In this document: positions 36,407 to 52,155 of the stretch, one piece after another
Position numbering within the stretch: the stretch's first letter is position 1
Layout of the letters: every line of letters begins with the position of its first letter
Assembly: GCA_964016885.1 (NCBI GenBank)
Contig: OZ024750.1
Coordinates: forward strand, 55,118,001 to 55,182,000
Direction of reading: 5' to 3'
DNA: 64,000 bases
Source: Eledone cirrhosa
Lineage: Eukaryota
Made by a program: the position numbers and the translations under genes
Notes under the pieces: generated by a model
Database searches by the model: none
Told to the model about the DNA's origin: nothing
Seen by the model: only the letters and a program-made list of their open reading frames with translations

Positions 36407-38409
36407 TCATAACGGTACGCGATGGGACCCACCCACAGCCCCGGCGGACAGAATGGAGAAGGCGTTTCCCCGGAGCACGGCAAGGGAGACGCGCTGGAAA
36501 AGCCACTCCAACTCGCGGGGCTCACACCTGCGGCTGGCCAGCTCAGCGCCTATGGTGGTGAGTAAGGAGGTAGCCCTGGGGCCGAGGACACCAGAAGTCT
36601 CCACTTCCAGGGGTACGACCGCAAACCTGTCGGAGAGTGAACGATATGTGAGGAGTTTGGCCCCCTCAGCCTGACGTGCAGCAGAACCTGGGCCAGTCGC
36701 AGACTGCACCAGGTTGCGGCTGCAGAAAGTGTCGGTGCAAGTGGCATCCCAGACGAGGGGTTTGCCACCGCGGAACGGGAAGATGGTCATGCCATCTAGC
36801 CTTTTGCCGTCCCCTCGAGCTGGGAAGGGAAGCCTGCAGCGTCCAAGCCATGCTTAATGACTTCGTTGAGGGCAGCATGGCGTGGATTGCGGCTGGCACT
36901 GTGGCGACAGGAAAGCGGGTGGAGGCCGAAAGAGTCCATGGTGGAACGGCAGCGACATTGGTGTGAGGCCGAGCCTCAGGGAAACGCCGATGCGCAAGCT
37001 ATTGTTGTCTAGCTGCGTGCGAGTGGAGAAGGAGGGCAGGGCATGGAGCCAGGCCCCACTGTGGGGTTTGGAGGCTGCACGAAAACAAACAAGGCGGTGC
37101 TGGTCGAGCTGGCGCGTGAGCCTGTCTGAGGCCAGGCTGCACTGGATGGCATCCCAAGTGTGTTGGGGGGGACTTGACGTCAACAGGGGGAGAAGGAGGA
37201 GGAACGTCTACTGGGCTAAGTCCCAGCCAGTCCCACGTCTCACAGGCGGCCACGCGTTCTCTGAACACAGAGGGTTCTGTTGTGTTTTGAAGAACCCTGC
37301 TGAGGAGGACGTGGTACGAGGTTACCGACGAAAGATATGCCGGCAAAGCTAGTGAGATCGGGGACTGGAGGCGAAGGCAGCCATACCTGACAGGTAAAGT
37401 TGCATATCTCATCGGCTGCTGCTCGGATACAAGTTTAGGTGTAGCACAGAGTGTATAGAGGAGCTTCGGCATGGCGTAGCAGTTCCTCAGCAGAAAGAGA
37501 ACTGGGTGGCCATCAATCAAGCCCAGTCGGCTCGTGAGAGTCTGGACTTGATGGAGGAGCGGATGGCCGGCGGGTGGATCGGTGAGGGCATCCTCTTTGG
37601 GGGTCACCTGAACCTGGCGGAGAATGGACCGCACGTCCAAGACGGAGACTGCAAAGCTTGCAGCATCGAGGCTGACATTCACCACCTCCGACTTGGCTGA
37701 GTTGACCTGGAGGTCGATTCCCGCCAGGGCAGGAACCACCGATTGAAGGTCATGGCAGACCGCCTGTACGGGCCCACCCAAAGTAGCATCATCCAGATAC
37801 CAAACGTTGAGAGGGGCTGTTATACTCCAGGCGATGTGGTCAATACCAAGGGTGAACAGGAGGGGTCCCAAAGGGTTGCCCTGTTGGATCCCAGTAGCCA
37901 AGGGTATGACCGTATCAGCAGCATGGCGCATGCTTGGGGCTCCATATGACAGGTAGGCAGAGGGGGCTCGGCTGAGGCAGGCCTCGAGCAGATGATCCCA
38001 GCGTAAAGAGTTGAAGGCATTCCTCATGTCAAACTTGACAATGAGGTGGCTGGAGGCCCTGGATGCCGGTTCCGAGTGTTACGGACTTGCAGATTACCTT
38101 GGCAGCCAGCCTCCGGAAGACATTGCCCACAGCAATGGGGCGTATGCCATCCTCTTTCTTCCTGCGAGCGGTGAGGCTGGCCGAAAAAAAGAGGCCTCGA
38201 GCATAAGAGTCCAGGGCGCCATGGATGAGCCTATTGGTGAGCGCCACAATTGCACTCAGAAGGCGGCGCCCGGCCTCAGCGGAGAGGGGAGATATCAACT
38301 CCTTGAGGAGGCCTGGTCAGAGACGATCAACATCTCCGCAGCTGCTAGCTGGGAAGGACCTGATGGCGGACATGATGTCTGCATCAGAAGCCACAAGGAG
38401 CAAGTGTGG
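36407..38409 (-). pseudogene. CRE-like RLE LINE, unit 6
   Basis: Same motifs. Confidence 0.85.
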
Positions 38410-40905
38410 ATTACAATACAAAACCTCTGAGAATGATTTCTAAGATATTTCACCATAATTAATTTTCATCAATATATATTAATATTATTATTGTTTATTA
38501 GGTCAGGTGGATTGGCCAGAACAATTCTACTCTTCTTTTTTAGATGTCACGATTTTTCATGGCATTCCTGAGATCATTAATCTCCAGCTGGAGATCCAGA
38601 GACATCTGATGTATGTAGGTGAACCTCAGTCATCCCACTAGGGTCTTACTATGTTTAGGTATCCACCACAGGAGCCAGCTCATCAGGTCATCCTACCCTC
38701 AGCAGCAATGTCCAGCATCTATTGATTTCCGCTCCCTAGTTATTGTGGTAATCTTCGATATCTGGGAATATATTTCTTCTGCTTAAGGGAGTAATAAATA
38801 TATAGTTTTTAAAAAAACATATATATACACACACATATATATATGTTGTCATTTATAAGAGTTCTCTATCAAAAGCCTTCTCTATGTCCAAAGCTAAGTA
38901 TAGTGGCTTATTTTTCTCTAAGAACCTCTTTTGTAGTTGTCTCACTAAGAAGAGGGCATCTGTTGCACTTTTCAGCGGCTTAATTAATTAATGAGGTTTA
39001 ATTAATGAGGAATTTTGAGGTATTTATAACAATTATTAATTATTTCATTACTGAGATATCATTTGAAGGACTTACTAATGTTTTTATTTATTAATTATTT
39101 TATTAGTAACTTAACATGTGGTTCTTGTATAAAATTATGTTGGAAGATTTTAGGAAGATGCTATGTAGCCGGTCGCGGTAAAATAGACGCCCAGGCTATG
39201 TAGCCGGTAAGAGTGTCAGACTCCATGTGTTGCGGCCCTTTATGGTCTGAGTTAAGACAATTTAAAATCTTTTCCACCATCAATTGTTAAAAAACAAGTT
39301 AAAATCATTTTGTCGTCCATTTGTAACGTACGTTACACTTTAGTTACATACACATATACTATGTTACATACACACATCTACTGTGTTACATACACACACA
39401 TCAACTGGGTTATATACACACACATCTACTGCGTTACATACACATCTACTGTGTTACACACACATCTACTGTGTTACATACACACACATCTACTGAGTTA
39501 CATACACACACATCTACTGTGTTACATACACACACATCTTCTGTGTTACATACACACATCTACTATGTTACATACACACATCTACTGTGTTACATACACA
39601 CACCTGTGTTACATACACACACATCTACTGAGTTACATACACACAGATCTACTGTGTTACATACACACACATCTACTGTGTTACACACATCTTCTATGTT
39701 ACATACACACAATCTACTGTGTTACATACACACATCTACTGAGTTACATACACACACATCTACTGAGTTACATACACACACATGTACTGTGTTACATACA
39801 CACATCTACTGTGTTACATACATACACATCTACTGTGTTACATACATACACATCTACTGTTACATACACACATCTACCGTGTTACACACACACATCTACC
39901 GTGTTACACACACACATCTACCGTGTTACACACACACATCTACCGTGTTACACACACACATCTACTGAGTTACATACACATATACTGAGTTACATGCAAA
40001 CACACATCTACTGTGTTACATATACACATCTACTGTGTTACATACACATCTACTGTGATACACACACACACATCTACTCATACATATTCATAAATAGACA
40101 CACATTATACAAATAATTATTACATACACACACATCTCTGTAATAATTCAGGAAGGAAGGGGCTGGTGAAACGCTATAGCAATGTGTGTGTGTTGTGTAC
40201 CTTTCAGGTTTACCGGTTTCGTAGCCTATTTGAAGATTTTATTATAATTATGAACCTTATAATTCAATTAATTATGAATAATTTTGAGCTATTTATCACA
40301 ATTGTTAGTTAATTACTAACATAGTAACTTACCATATGGTTGTTATATAGAATTTTGTTGGAAGACTTTAATTTAGATAGGAACCATTTCCATAGTACGA
40401 GAACTAATTTTGGCTGGGTTTCTACCAAAAGGGTTAATGAAGAATTTTGAACAATTTACTAAAATTATTAATTATTTCATTACTAAGATAATGTGTGAAT
40501 ACACAATTATATGTGTGTATATATATATAAACAGTATATATATATATAGTATATATATATATAAACAGTATATATATATATAGTATATATATATATAAAC
40601 AGTATATATATAGTATACAAAAGATGTAGTGGGATAGTGTGTAGTCTTAAGACAAGTCTGTCCAGATAGCTGCGCTGTAACTTACACTTATTGGGACTGT
40701 GTGTTGGCAAGCAGGCCTGTATTTTGGGATCTAGCTGGTCCATTATGAGGGAGGTCTGGTTAGTTGGCAGCACCATGCCTTACTTGTGGTATATGTATGT
40801 ATAGAAATAAGTTATTGTATATGCATAACTGTCCATCTATATGTATACATGTATGTTTACTTATATCTTTGCATACATATATACATTTTCAGATGTATAC
40901 ACGTA

Positions 40906-42825
40906 ATGGTCACCCGGATAGTAAACCAAGTCATACAGAATGGGGTTGTTCTGAAGGACTGGCGTAGCAGCATCATCATTAACTGTTACAAGGGTAAAGG
41001 AGATGCCCTAGATAGGAGTAACTATAGAGGCATTAAATTAATCGACCAGGTCATGAAGGTCACGGAAAAAGTAATAGCGCAACTAATCAGAGAGAGAATT
41101 GATCTAGATGAAATGCAGTTCGGGTTTGTGTCAGGTAAAAGTACCACAGACGCTCTTTTCATTGTACGACAACTACAGGAGAAGTACCTAGTTAAAAGTA
41201 AACCCCTATACTTAGCTTTTGTTGACTTGGAGAAAGCCTTCGACAGAGTCCCCCGTTCCATTATCTGGTGGGCTCTTAGAAAACTAGGTGTTGAGGAATG
41301 GCTTGTGAGAGCTATACGAGCCATGTATAAAGAAACAGTCAGCAAGGTTAGAATTAACAACGAATATAGTGAAGAGTTTAGCGTAAAAGTTGGTGTTCAT
41401 CAGGGCTCCGTCCTTAGCCCCCTACTATTTATTATTGCCCTTCAGGCTATAACAGTGGAGTTCAAGACCGGCTGCCCATGGGAACTCCTATACGCAGATG
41501 ATCTAACGCTCATAGCTGAATCAATGGCCGAGCTAGAGAAGAAATTCCAAACATGGAAGCAAGGCCTAGAATCAGAAGGCCTTAAAATTAACCTGGCTAA
41601 GACTAAAGTTCTAGTTTGTAGGAAAGAAAATAAGGCGCCGGTCCCTTCCGGGAAATGGCCATGCTCAGTGTGTAGGAAAGGCGTAGGTAGAAACTCCATT
41701 TTATGTCCCAAATGCAAAGTATGGGTTCATAAAAGATGTAGTGGGATCACAGGTAAGCTAACTAAGAACATAGATTTTACATGTGGCCGGTGCTCTGGTG
41801 CAATAAGTAGCAGCAAGTGCCCACAAAATACTAGCTCTTTCAATTGCGCAGAGGGTTCTATAGAAATAGTGGACAGCTTCCGTTACCTGGGTGACAAAAT
41901 CAGCAGTGGGGGAGGGTGCTCTGAAAGTACAGTAGCTAGAGTCAGAACTGGATGGAAAAAGTTCAGAGAGCTTATACCACTATTAGCCGCTAAAGGGTTC
42001 TCCCTAAAAATGAAAGGCAGGTTGTATGATGCCTGCATATGAACAGCAATGTTGCATGGCAGTGAGACCTGGGCATTGTGTGCAGAGGATATACGCAGAC
42101 TAGAGAGGAACGAAGCTTGCATGCTTCGCTGGATGTGTAATAGTAATATATGTGAACGGCAAAGCATAAACGAACTAAGGGAAAAATTAGAAATAAGAGG
42201 GATCAGATGTTGTGTACTCGAGAGAAGACTACGTTGGTATGGTCCACGTGATGCGGATGAAAGACGACAGCTGTATAAAAAAAATGCAGGGCAATAAAGA
42301 TAGACGGTAGCCACGGAGTAGGCAGACCCAGAAAAACCTGGGACGACTTGATAAATTCCGACCTCACACACTTACACCTCTCCAAGACAATGTCACTGGA
42401 CCGAGATCTTTGGCGGTACTCAGTAATAGAGAAGACCCGCCTTACCTAGATACAAAGTAAAACCTACTACAGTCAGTAGGCACCTCTAACAAAATACACC
42501 CCCACCCCATCCACACCGCCCCTTTCAATGTAAAGTTATGTTGGTGCCACAACATCCAGGCCGAAACAAATGAGGTCGTGTAGGTGTCACGACAAAAAAA
42601 AAAAACACAGTCCACGCAGTAATGTGGCCGTGTAGGTAACACGGTAAAAACCTCCCAGTCCCACACTGTAAATGCGGTTGGTGTTAGGAAGGGCATCCAG
42701 CTGTAGAAAACCCGCCAGACAGTCCTATGCGAGCAAGACAACCACTCTTGCCTCAAGTGGGAAAATTCCCGTCCAAACCCATGCAAGCGTGGAATATGGA
42801 CGTTAAACGATGACGATGATGATGA

Positions 42826-42829
<4 letters not shown>
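40906..42829 (+). pseudogene. 5'-truncated RTE LINE, block 2
   Basis: Near-identical to 25175-27097, with the same stop (42040-42042). Confidence 0.93.
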
Positions 42830-42863
<34 letters not shown>

Positions 42864-43012
42864 CTTTGACATTTCTTAGAAAAAAAATGAAAAAGTTTTG
42901 TGAGAACCCCAATGTTTATTTATTTTATTTTATTTTTAAATAAAATTAATAACATTAATTTTATTTTGAAATTAGGTTTATAAATATTAATTATCAGCAG
43001 ACCTTTGTAGCA

Positions 43013-43123
43013 GTCTTGGCGGCTTAGTGGGAAGTACCAGAGATGGTGAGGTCCTTGTCTGTAGGTTCAATCCTGGTCTGGGAGTTCAATCATTGCTGTA
43101 ATGTGTCCTGTTAATCTTTTTTT
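43013..43123 (+). ncRNA. Family 2a, block 2
   Basis: Matches 27278-27388. Confidence 0.55.
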
Positions 43124-43393
43124 AAATTTTCCTCAGAAAAAACTGAAAATCTTTGGTGAGAACCCCAATGTCTATTTATCTAATATAATTTAATTTATTT
43201 TATTTTACTTTAGTTAAATTGTCAAAACCACTGGTGATCTAAAGTTAGAGGAGACAGATAAAATAGACATATTGTCTCCTCAACCTTTAGATCTTCAGTG
43301 TTTTCGACAATTTAACTAAAATAAAAAATTAAATTCAATATAATTAAATAAATAGGGGTTCTCTTTTTCAAAGAGATATAGAAAGAAAATTAT

Positions 43394-43531
43394 AAAAGAT
43401 TAACATGACACCTTACATGTATCTCATGGACCAGGATTGAACCTGAGTCCCCAATTCAACCCTCAGACCAGGATTGAACACCCAGAACAGGATCTCACCA
43501 TCTCTGGTACTTCCCACTAAGCTACCGAGAC
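43394..43531 (-). ncRNA. Family 2b, block 2
   Basis: Matches 27669-27806. Confidence 0.55.
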
Positions 43532-43757
43532 TGATACAAAGATGTACTGAAATTTAATATTTATAAACCTACTTTCAAAATAAAATTAAAAATAAAATAT
43601 ATATATATATATATTCCTTTGACATTTCTTAGAAAAAAGAACTGAAAAAGTTTTGTGAGAACGCCAATGTCTATTTATTTTATTTTATTTTTAATTAAAT
43701 TAGTTATATTTTGAAAGTAGGTTTATAAATATTAATTTTCAATAGACCTTTGTAGCA

Positions 43758-43859
43758 GTCTTGGTGGCTTAGTGGGAAGTACCAGAGATGGTGAGATCCT
43801 TGTCTGTAAGTTCAATTCTTGCTTGGAGACATGTCTAATGTGTCCTATTAATCTTTTTT
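43758..43859 (+). ncRNA. Family 2c, block 2
   Basis: Matches 28033-28134. Confidence 0.6.
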
Positions 43860-43980
43860 AAATTTTCCTTTTACATCTCTTAGAAATAACTGAAAATCTT
43901 TGGTGAGAACCCCAATGTCTATTTATCTAATATAATTAATTTAATTTAATTTAATTTAATTTTTATTTTAGTGAAACCAC

Positions 43981-44321
43981 TGTTGTATTCAAGAGACCAG
44001 GTGGAGGGGTGGGTCTGCTAGATTCATCGTGGGTAAAGAACGGTGCTATGAACTTTTCTGGGTGGGAAATGACAATGGGCTGGGTATACACATACCACCC
44101 CACCACCCCACCGTAAAGTGGTCGTGGAGGCGCCACGGCAAAAAAGCACCCAGCCCGCTCTGTAAAGCTGACGTGGAGGTGCCACGGAAAAAAAAAAAGC
44201 ACCCAGCACTCACTGCAAACTGGGTTGGCGTCAGGAAGGGCACCCAGCTGTAGAAACCAATCCAGAATCAGCTCCCACCCCACCCTTGCAAGCATGGAAA
44301 AGCGGACGTATGATGAAGTTG
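43981..44321 (+). mobile_element. Internally deleted RTE, unit 7 (B variant)
   Basis: Matches 28256-28596. Confidence 0.85.
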
Positions 44322-44421
44322 ATATATATATATATATATTAGTATATATATACACATACATATGTACACATATACACATACATATATATATATATATACA
44401 CACACATATATATCAGTGTAC

Positions 44422-44460
<39 letters not shown>

Positions 44461-45105
44461 AATGAATATTTATTCAATTTAAAGCGCCAATTATCTATAT
44501 ATAACAAGATATGAATTTTTCTAGGGATGGGGAAATTTTCAGTTTGTTTTTATATTTTCACTTCATTTTTTACTTTCTATTTAATACAGTCTTTGATCCA
44601 ATATAATCCTGACAGTATTTGAACCAGTTTACCTCATATATATGTATGCACACACAACACTCAAGTTTCGCCATCTACTGCTATTTCATTCATATTTATT
44701 GTTTAATTAACTCTGGTCTAATTCATCAACTATTGTTAATTATATTATTACGTAGATTTCTTATAAAATCTAGTGCATATATACGTGTATATATACAGGG
44801 AGACACTGTGTAATAGATGTAAAGAGAGTGGGAGATAGAGTTATAGAAGTAAAGAGAGGGAGAGAAATAAGCGGTAGATAGAGCAATAGATGTAAAGAGA
44901 GGGTTAGAACGTTCAACTTGACAGTCAGTACATATGCCAACTACCCAACCGGCCAGCCAGCCGTATTTGCGGTTGACTGGCCAGTTGGGCGGTTGGTATG
45001 TGGAACGTTCAACTATGCAGTCAGTACCAAAGTTCAACATTGTAGCCAGTGCATATGCCGATCGCCGCGACCTCTTTGCTCTATTTAAATGACCTGGAAC
45101 TAAGT

Positions 45106-45218
45106 AAAAAGAGTAGGAGATAACTCGACAAGAGCGGAGAGGGTGAGATTCGAACCATGTAAAGTCGTTGGCTCCTGAACTTCGTAAGCGGGGCTGCTAC
45201 TGACTGAGCAGCGCCGGC
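45106..45218 (-). ncRNA. Candidate Pol III small RNA, family 1, copy 7
   Basis: Matches 1757-1869. Confidence 0.55.
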
Positions 45219-46233
45219 AGCAAGGCAAATCGCGCATAAAATAACGCTTATATCGAGAAAATAAAAAAAAAATTTCAATGTTGCACTCTTGTTTGTTGTT
45301 CTTTTATTTTACGTAAACATTTCGCTGCTCTAGCCTCTTATTTCCTATTAGATTACACTTAATTCCATTAAACATTCATTCTTAGTCTCGTGGTAAACTA
45401 TTTCATCTATATTTATATCGCTGTTACAGCCTTTTATTTCTACATCTATCACCTATAGCCACTGTTACGCCGGTAGTATAAGTAGCTTTATAACAAGAAA
45501 CGATGATATAACTCCACAAAATGTCTTCTTGAGCAAGACACTTCACCTCATATTGCTCCAGTACACCGAGTTACACATAGACAGATACATACATACACAT
45601 ATATATGTACACAAATAGAAATAAGAGGGAGATAGAGTAAAAGATGTAAAGATAGTGTAAAAGATTTAAAGAGAGGGTGAGAGTGTGACACACATTTATC
45701 TGTCTATCTCTCTCTATTTTAACACCGGTCGTTATAATTAGTTTTATAACACCGCTATATTACCGACATGAAAGAGGTAAATAATTATTTCTTAAATGTT
45801 TAGAACATGTTTCTCTTGTCTTCTTAAATGTATAGAACATGTTTCTTATTTATATTCTTAACATAGCTAGGACCTTATCTCATTTACTGGTCTCTACTTT
45901 TAGGGCTTTGCTGGTCCCATGTGCCCTCCATGAAGACACACTCGCCCCTTCTCTCTCAGTCTCCGTACTAATTACTACACATACGTATATATATTTATTT
46001 TAAGAAACCTTAATGACAAATAATATAAAGTGTTTGTAAAGTGGGGAAGAGTAGTTTTACGGTGGGGTTGTTATATAGATATCGTTTTTGCAGTGGGGTC
46101 GTGACTGGCGTATAATAATGAGTCACTGTTGATGTATATACAAATCATATTTTGGATATAAGTGAAGTTATTTAAGAGATTTAGTTGTTTTGTATACATT
46201 CCAGTTGTTGTCTCCCTGTTTCTTCTTCAACAA

Positions 46234-48235
46234 CTATAACGGTACGCGATGGGGCCCACCCACAGCCCCGGCGGACAGAATGGAGAAGGCGTTTCCCCGG
46301 AGCACGGCAAGGGAGACGCGCTGGAAAAGCCACTCCAACTCGCGGGGCTCACACCTGCGACTGGCCAGCTCAGCGCCTATGGTGGTGAGTAAGGAGGTAG
46401 CCCTGGGGTCGAGGACACCAGAAGTCTCCACTTCCAGGGGTACGACCGCAAACCTGTCGGAGAGTGAACGATATGTGAGGAGTTTGGCCCTCTCAGCCTG
46501 ACGTGCAGCAGAACCTGGGCCAGTCGCAGACTGCACCAGGTTGCGGCTGCAGAAAGTGTCGGTGCAAGTGGCATCCCAGACGAGGGGTTTGCCACCGCGG
46601 AACGGGAAGATGGTCATGCCATCTGGCCTTTTGCCGTCCCCTGGAGCTGGGAAGGGAAGCCTGCAGCGTCCAAGCCATGCTTAATGATTTCGTTGAGGGC
46701 AGCATGGCGTGGATTGCGGCTGGCACTGTGGCGACAGGAAAGCGGGTGGAGGCCGAAAGAGTCCATGGTGGAACGGCAGCGACATTGGTGTGAGGCCGAG
46801 CCTCAGGGAAACGCCGATGCGCAAGCTATGGTTGTCTAGCTGCGTGCGAGTGGAGAAGGAGGGCAGGGCATGGAGCCAGGCCCCACTGTGGGGTTTGGAG
46901 GCCGCACGAAAACAAACAAGGCGGTGCTGGTCGAGCTGGCACGTGAGCCTGTCTGAGGCCAGGCTGCACTGGATGGCATCCCAAGTGTGTTGGGGGGACT
47001 TGACGTCAACAGGGGGAGAAGGAGGAGGAACGTCTACTGGGCTAAGTCCCAGCCGGTGCCACGTCTCACAGGCGGCCACGCGTTCTCTGAACACAGAGGG
47101 TTCTGTTGTGTTTTGAAGAACCCTGCTGAGGTGGACGTGGTACGAGGTTACCGACGAAAGATACGCCGGCAAAGCTAGTGAGATCGGGGACTGGAGGCGA
47201 AGGTCGCCATACCTGATAGGTAAAGTTGCATATCTCATCGGCTGCTGCTCGGATACAAGTCTGGGTGTAGCACAGAGTGTATAGAGGAGCTTCGGCATGG
47301 CGTAGCAGTTCCTCAGCAGAAAGAGAACTGGGTGGCCATCAATCAAGCCCAGTCGGCTCGTGAGAGTCTGAACTTGATGGTGGAGCGGATGGCCGGCGGG
47401 TGGATCGGTGAGGGCATCCTCTTTGGGGGTCACCTGAACCTGGCGGAGAATGGACCGCACGTCCAAGACGGAGACTGCAAAGCTTGCAGCATCGAGGCTG
47501 ACATTCACCACCTCCGACTTGGCTGAGTTGACCTGGAGGTCGATTCCCGCCAGGGCAGGAACCACCGATTGAAGGTCATGGCAGACCGCCTGTACGGGCC
47601 CACCCAAAGTAGCATCATCCAGATACCAAACGTTGAGAGGGGCCGTTATACTCCGGGCGATGTGGTCAATACCAAGGGTGAACAGGAGGGGTCCCAAAGG
47701 GTTGCCCTGTTGGATCCCAGTAGCCAAGGGTATGACCGTATCAGCAGCATGTCGCATGCTCGGGGCTCCATATGACAGCTAGGCAGAGGGGGCTCGGCTG
47801 AGGCAGGCCTCGAGCAGATGATCCCAGCGTAAAGAGTTGAAGGCATTCCTCATGTCAAACTTGACAATGAGGTGGCTGGAGTCCCTGGATGCCGGTTCCG
47901 AGTGTTACGGACTTGCAGGTTACCTTGGCAGCCAGCCTCCGGAAGACATTGCCCACAGCAATGGGGCGTATGCCACCCTCTTTCTTCCTGAGAGCGGTGA
48001 AGCTGGCTGAAAAAAAGAGGCCTCGAGCATAAGAGTCCAGGGCGCCATGGATGAGCCTATTGGTGAGCGCCACAATTGCACTCAGAAGGCGGCGCCCGGC
48101 CTCAGCGGAGAGGGGAGATGTCAACTCCTTGAGGAGGCCTGGTCAGAGACCATCAACATCACCGCAGCTGCTAGCTGGGAAGGACCTGATGGCGGACATG
48201 ATGTCTGCATCAGAAGCCACAAGGAGCAAGTGTGG
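46234..48235 (-). pseudogene. CRE-like RLE LINE, unit 7 (B variant)
   Basis: ORFs identical to unit 5. Confidence 0.85.
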
Positions 48236-49217
48236 ATTACAATACAAAACCTCTGAGAATGATTTCTAAGATATTTCACCATAATTAATTTTCATCAATA
48301 TATATTAATATTATTATTGTTTATTAGGTCAGGTGGATTGGCCAGAACAATTCTACTCTTCTTTTTTAGATGTCACGATTTTTCATGGCATTCCTGAGAT
48401 CATTAATCTCCAGCTGGAGATCCAGAGACATCTGATGTATGTAGGTGAACCTCAGTCATCCCACTTGGGTCTTACTATGTTTAGGTATCCACCACAGGAG
48501 CCAGCTCATCAGGTCATCCTACCCTCAGCAGCAATGTCCAGCATCTATTGATTTCCGCTCCCTAGTTATTGTGGTAATCTTCGATATCTGGGAATATATT
48601 TCTTCTGCTTAAGGGAGTAATAAATATATAGTTTTAAAAAAAACATATATATACACACACATATATATATGTTGTCATTTATAAGAGTTCTCTATCAAAA
48701 GCCTTCTCTATGTCCAAAGCTAAGTATAGTGGCTTATTTTTCTCTAAGAACCTCTTTTGTAGTTGTCTCACTAAGAAGAGGGCATCTGTTGCACTTTTCA
48801 GCGGCACAAAACCAAACTGCATCTCATACATATACATACATACATACATATACACATACATACATACATCATCATCATCATCATCATCATTTCGTTTTAA
48901 GTCCGCTTTTTCCCTGCTTGCAAGGGTGGGACGGGAACTGATTCTGGCTTGATTTCTACAGCTGGATGCCCTTCCTAACACCAACCTCATTTACAGTGAG
49001 TGCTGAGTGCTTTTTTGCCGTGGCACCTCCACGACCACTTTGCAGTGGAATGATATGGACCCCAGTCCCTATCATCTCATTTCTACAGCTGAGTAAACTG
49101 GAGCAATGTGAAATAAAGTGTCTTGCTCAAGGAAACAACACATCACCCGGTCTGAGAATTGAACTCACAACCTTTCGATTGCCAGGCCAATGCTCGAACC
49201 ACTAAGCCATGTGCCTC

Positions 49218-49251
<34 letters not shown>

Positions 49252-49721
49252 CATATATATATACATACATACATATATACACATACATACATACACATAC
49301 ATACACATATACATACATATATATACATACATACACATACATAGATATATATATATACATAATATAAATATACACACATACACATACATAAGCATATACA
49401 CATAAGTATATTTACATATACACACGTATATATACATATACATACATACATATATACACATACATACATATATACATACATACACACATATACATACATA
49501 TATACATATACACATACATACATATACATACATATACACATACATATATATATATATACATACACACACATATATACATACACACACATATATACAAACA
49601 CATACATATACACATATATACACATACATACACATACATATACATACATATACACATATACACTCATATATACATATACATACATACACACACATACATA
49701 CATATATACATATACATACAT

Positions 49722-50270
49722 AAAGACAAATCCACCTCATGGACGAGAATGCAAGGGCTCCTCCTCTTTGTTTCGGCCGCGGATGGCTAACCCTAACCCC
49801 ATCCCCGCTCCCTACTGCTCCCAACCTCCAAACGCAATCCAAAACTTCAGAGTTGGTACCATTAATGTAGGCACCTTATAGGGTGGCTCTAACGAGGTTG
49901 TAGAAATGCTTGAACGTAAGGAGGTCGATGTTTGTTGTATTCAAGAGACCAGGTGGAGGGGTGGGTCTGCTAGATTCATCGTGGGTAAAGAACGATGCTA
50001 TACGCTTTTCTGTGTGGCAAATGACAATGGGCTGGGTATACACATACCACCCCACCTCCCCACCGCAAAGTGGTCGTGGAGGCGCCGCGGCCAAAAAGCA
50101 CCCAGCCCACACTGTAAAGCTGACGTGGAGGTGCCACGGAAAAAAAAAAGCACCCAGCACTCACTGCAAACGGGGTTGGCGTCAGGAAGGGCACCCAGCT
50201 GTAGAAACCAATCCAGAATCAGCTCCCACCCCACCCTTGCAAGCATGGAAAAGCGGACGTATGATGAAGT

Positions 50271-50272
<2 letters not shown>
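49722..50272 (+). mobile_element. Internally deleted RTE, unit 8
   Basis: Shares unit 1 variants (RCYTLF..HLPT). Confidence 0.85.
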
Positions 50273-50307
<35 letters not shown>

Positions 50308-51048
50308 TATATATATACACATATATATATACACACATATATATCAGTGTACATATATATATACATATATATATATATATAAATGAATATTTATTCAATT
50401 TAAAGCGCCAATTATCTATATATAACAAGATATGAATTTTTCTAGGGATGGGGAAATTTTCAGTTTGTTTTTATATTTTCACTTCATTTTTTACTTTCTA
50501 TTTAATACAGTCTTTGATCCAATATAATCCTGACAGTATTTGAACCAGTTTACCTCATATATATGTATGCACACACAACACTCAAGTTTCGCCATCTACT
50601 GCTATTTCATTCATATTTATTGTTTAATTAACTCTGGTCTAATTCATCAACTATTGTTAATTATATTATTACGTAGATTTCTTATAAAATCTAGTGCATA
50701 TATACGTGTATATATACAGGGAGACACTGTAATAGATGTAAAGAGAGTGGGAGATAGAGTTATAGAAGTAAAGAGAGGGGGAGAACTAAGCGGTAGATAG
50801 AGTAATAGATGTAAAGAGAGGGTTAGAACGTTCAACTTGACAGTCAGTACAATGTTCAGCATGGTAGCCAGTACATATGCCAACTACCCAACCGGCCAGC
50901 CAGCCGCATATGCGGTTGACTGGCCAGTTGGGCGGTTGGTATGTGGAACGTTCAACTACGCAGTCAGTACCAAAGTTCAACATTGTAGCCAGTGCATATG
51001 CCGATCGCCGCGCCCTCTTTGCTCTATTTTAATGACCTGGAACTAAGT

Positions 51049-51161
51049 AAAAAGAGTAGGAGATAACTCGACAAGAGCGGAGAGGGTGAGATTCGAACCA
51101 TGTAAAGTCGTTGGCTCCTGAACTTCGTAAGCGGGGCTGCTACTGACTGAGCAGCGCCGGC
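51049..51161 (-). ncRNA. Candidate Pol III small RNA, family 1, copy 8
   Basis: Matches 1757-1869. Confidence 0.55.
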
Positions 51162-52155
51162 AGCAAGGCAAATCGCGCATAAAATAACGCTTATATCGAC
51201 AAAAAAAAAAAAAAATTTCAATGTTGCACTCTTGTTTGTTGTTCTTTTATTTTACGTAAACATTTCGCTGCTCTAGCCTCTTATTTCCTATTAGATTACA
51301 CTTAATTCCATTAAACATTCATTCTTAGTCTCGTGGTAAACTATTTCATCTATATTTATATCGCTGTTACAGCCTTTTATTTCTACATCTATCACCTATA
51401 GCCACTGTTACGCCGGTAGTATAAGTAGCTTTATAACAAGAAACGATGATATAACTCCACAAAATGTCTTCTTGAGCAAGACACTTCACTTCATATTGCT
51501 CCAGTACACCGAGTTACACATAGACAGATACATACATACATACACAGATAGAAATGAGAGGTAGATAGAGTAAAAGATTTAAAGAGAGTGTGAGAAGTAC
51601 GAGTTAGATAGTGTAAAAGATTTAAAGAGAGGGTGAGAGTGTGACACACATTTATCTGTCTATCTCTCTCTATTTTAACACCGGTCGTTATAATTAGTTT
51701 TATAACACCGCTATATTACCGACATGAAAGAGGTAAATAATTATTTCTTAAATGTTTAGAACATGTTTCTCTTGTCTTCTTAAATGTATAGAACATGTTT
51801 CTTATTTATATTCTTAACATAGCTAGGACCTTATCTCATTTACTGGTCTCTACTTTTAGGGCTTTGCTGGTCCCATGTGCCCTCCATGAAGACACACTCG
51901 CCCCTTCTCTCTCAGTCTCCGTACTAATTACTACACATACGTATATATATTTATTTTAAGAAACCTTAATGACAAATAATATAAAGTGTTTGTAAAGTGG
52001 GGAAGAGTAGTTTTACGGTGGGGTTGTTATATAGATATCGTTTTTGCAGTGGGGTCGTGACTGGCGTATAATAATGAGTCACTGTTGATGTATATACAAA
52101 TCATGTTTTGGATATAAGTGAAGTTATTTAAGAGATTTAGTTGTTTTGTATACAT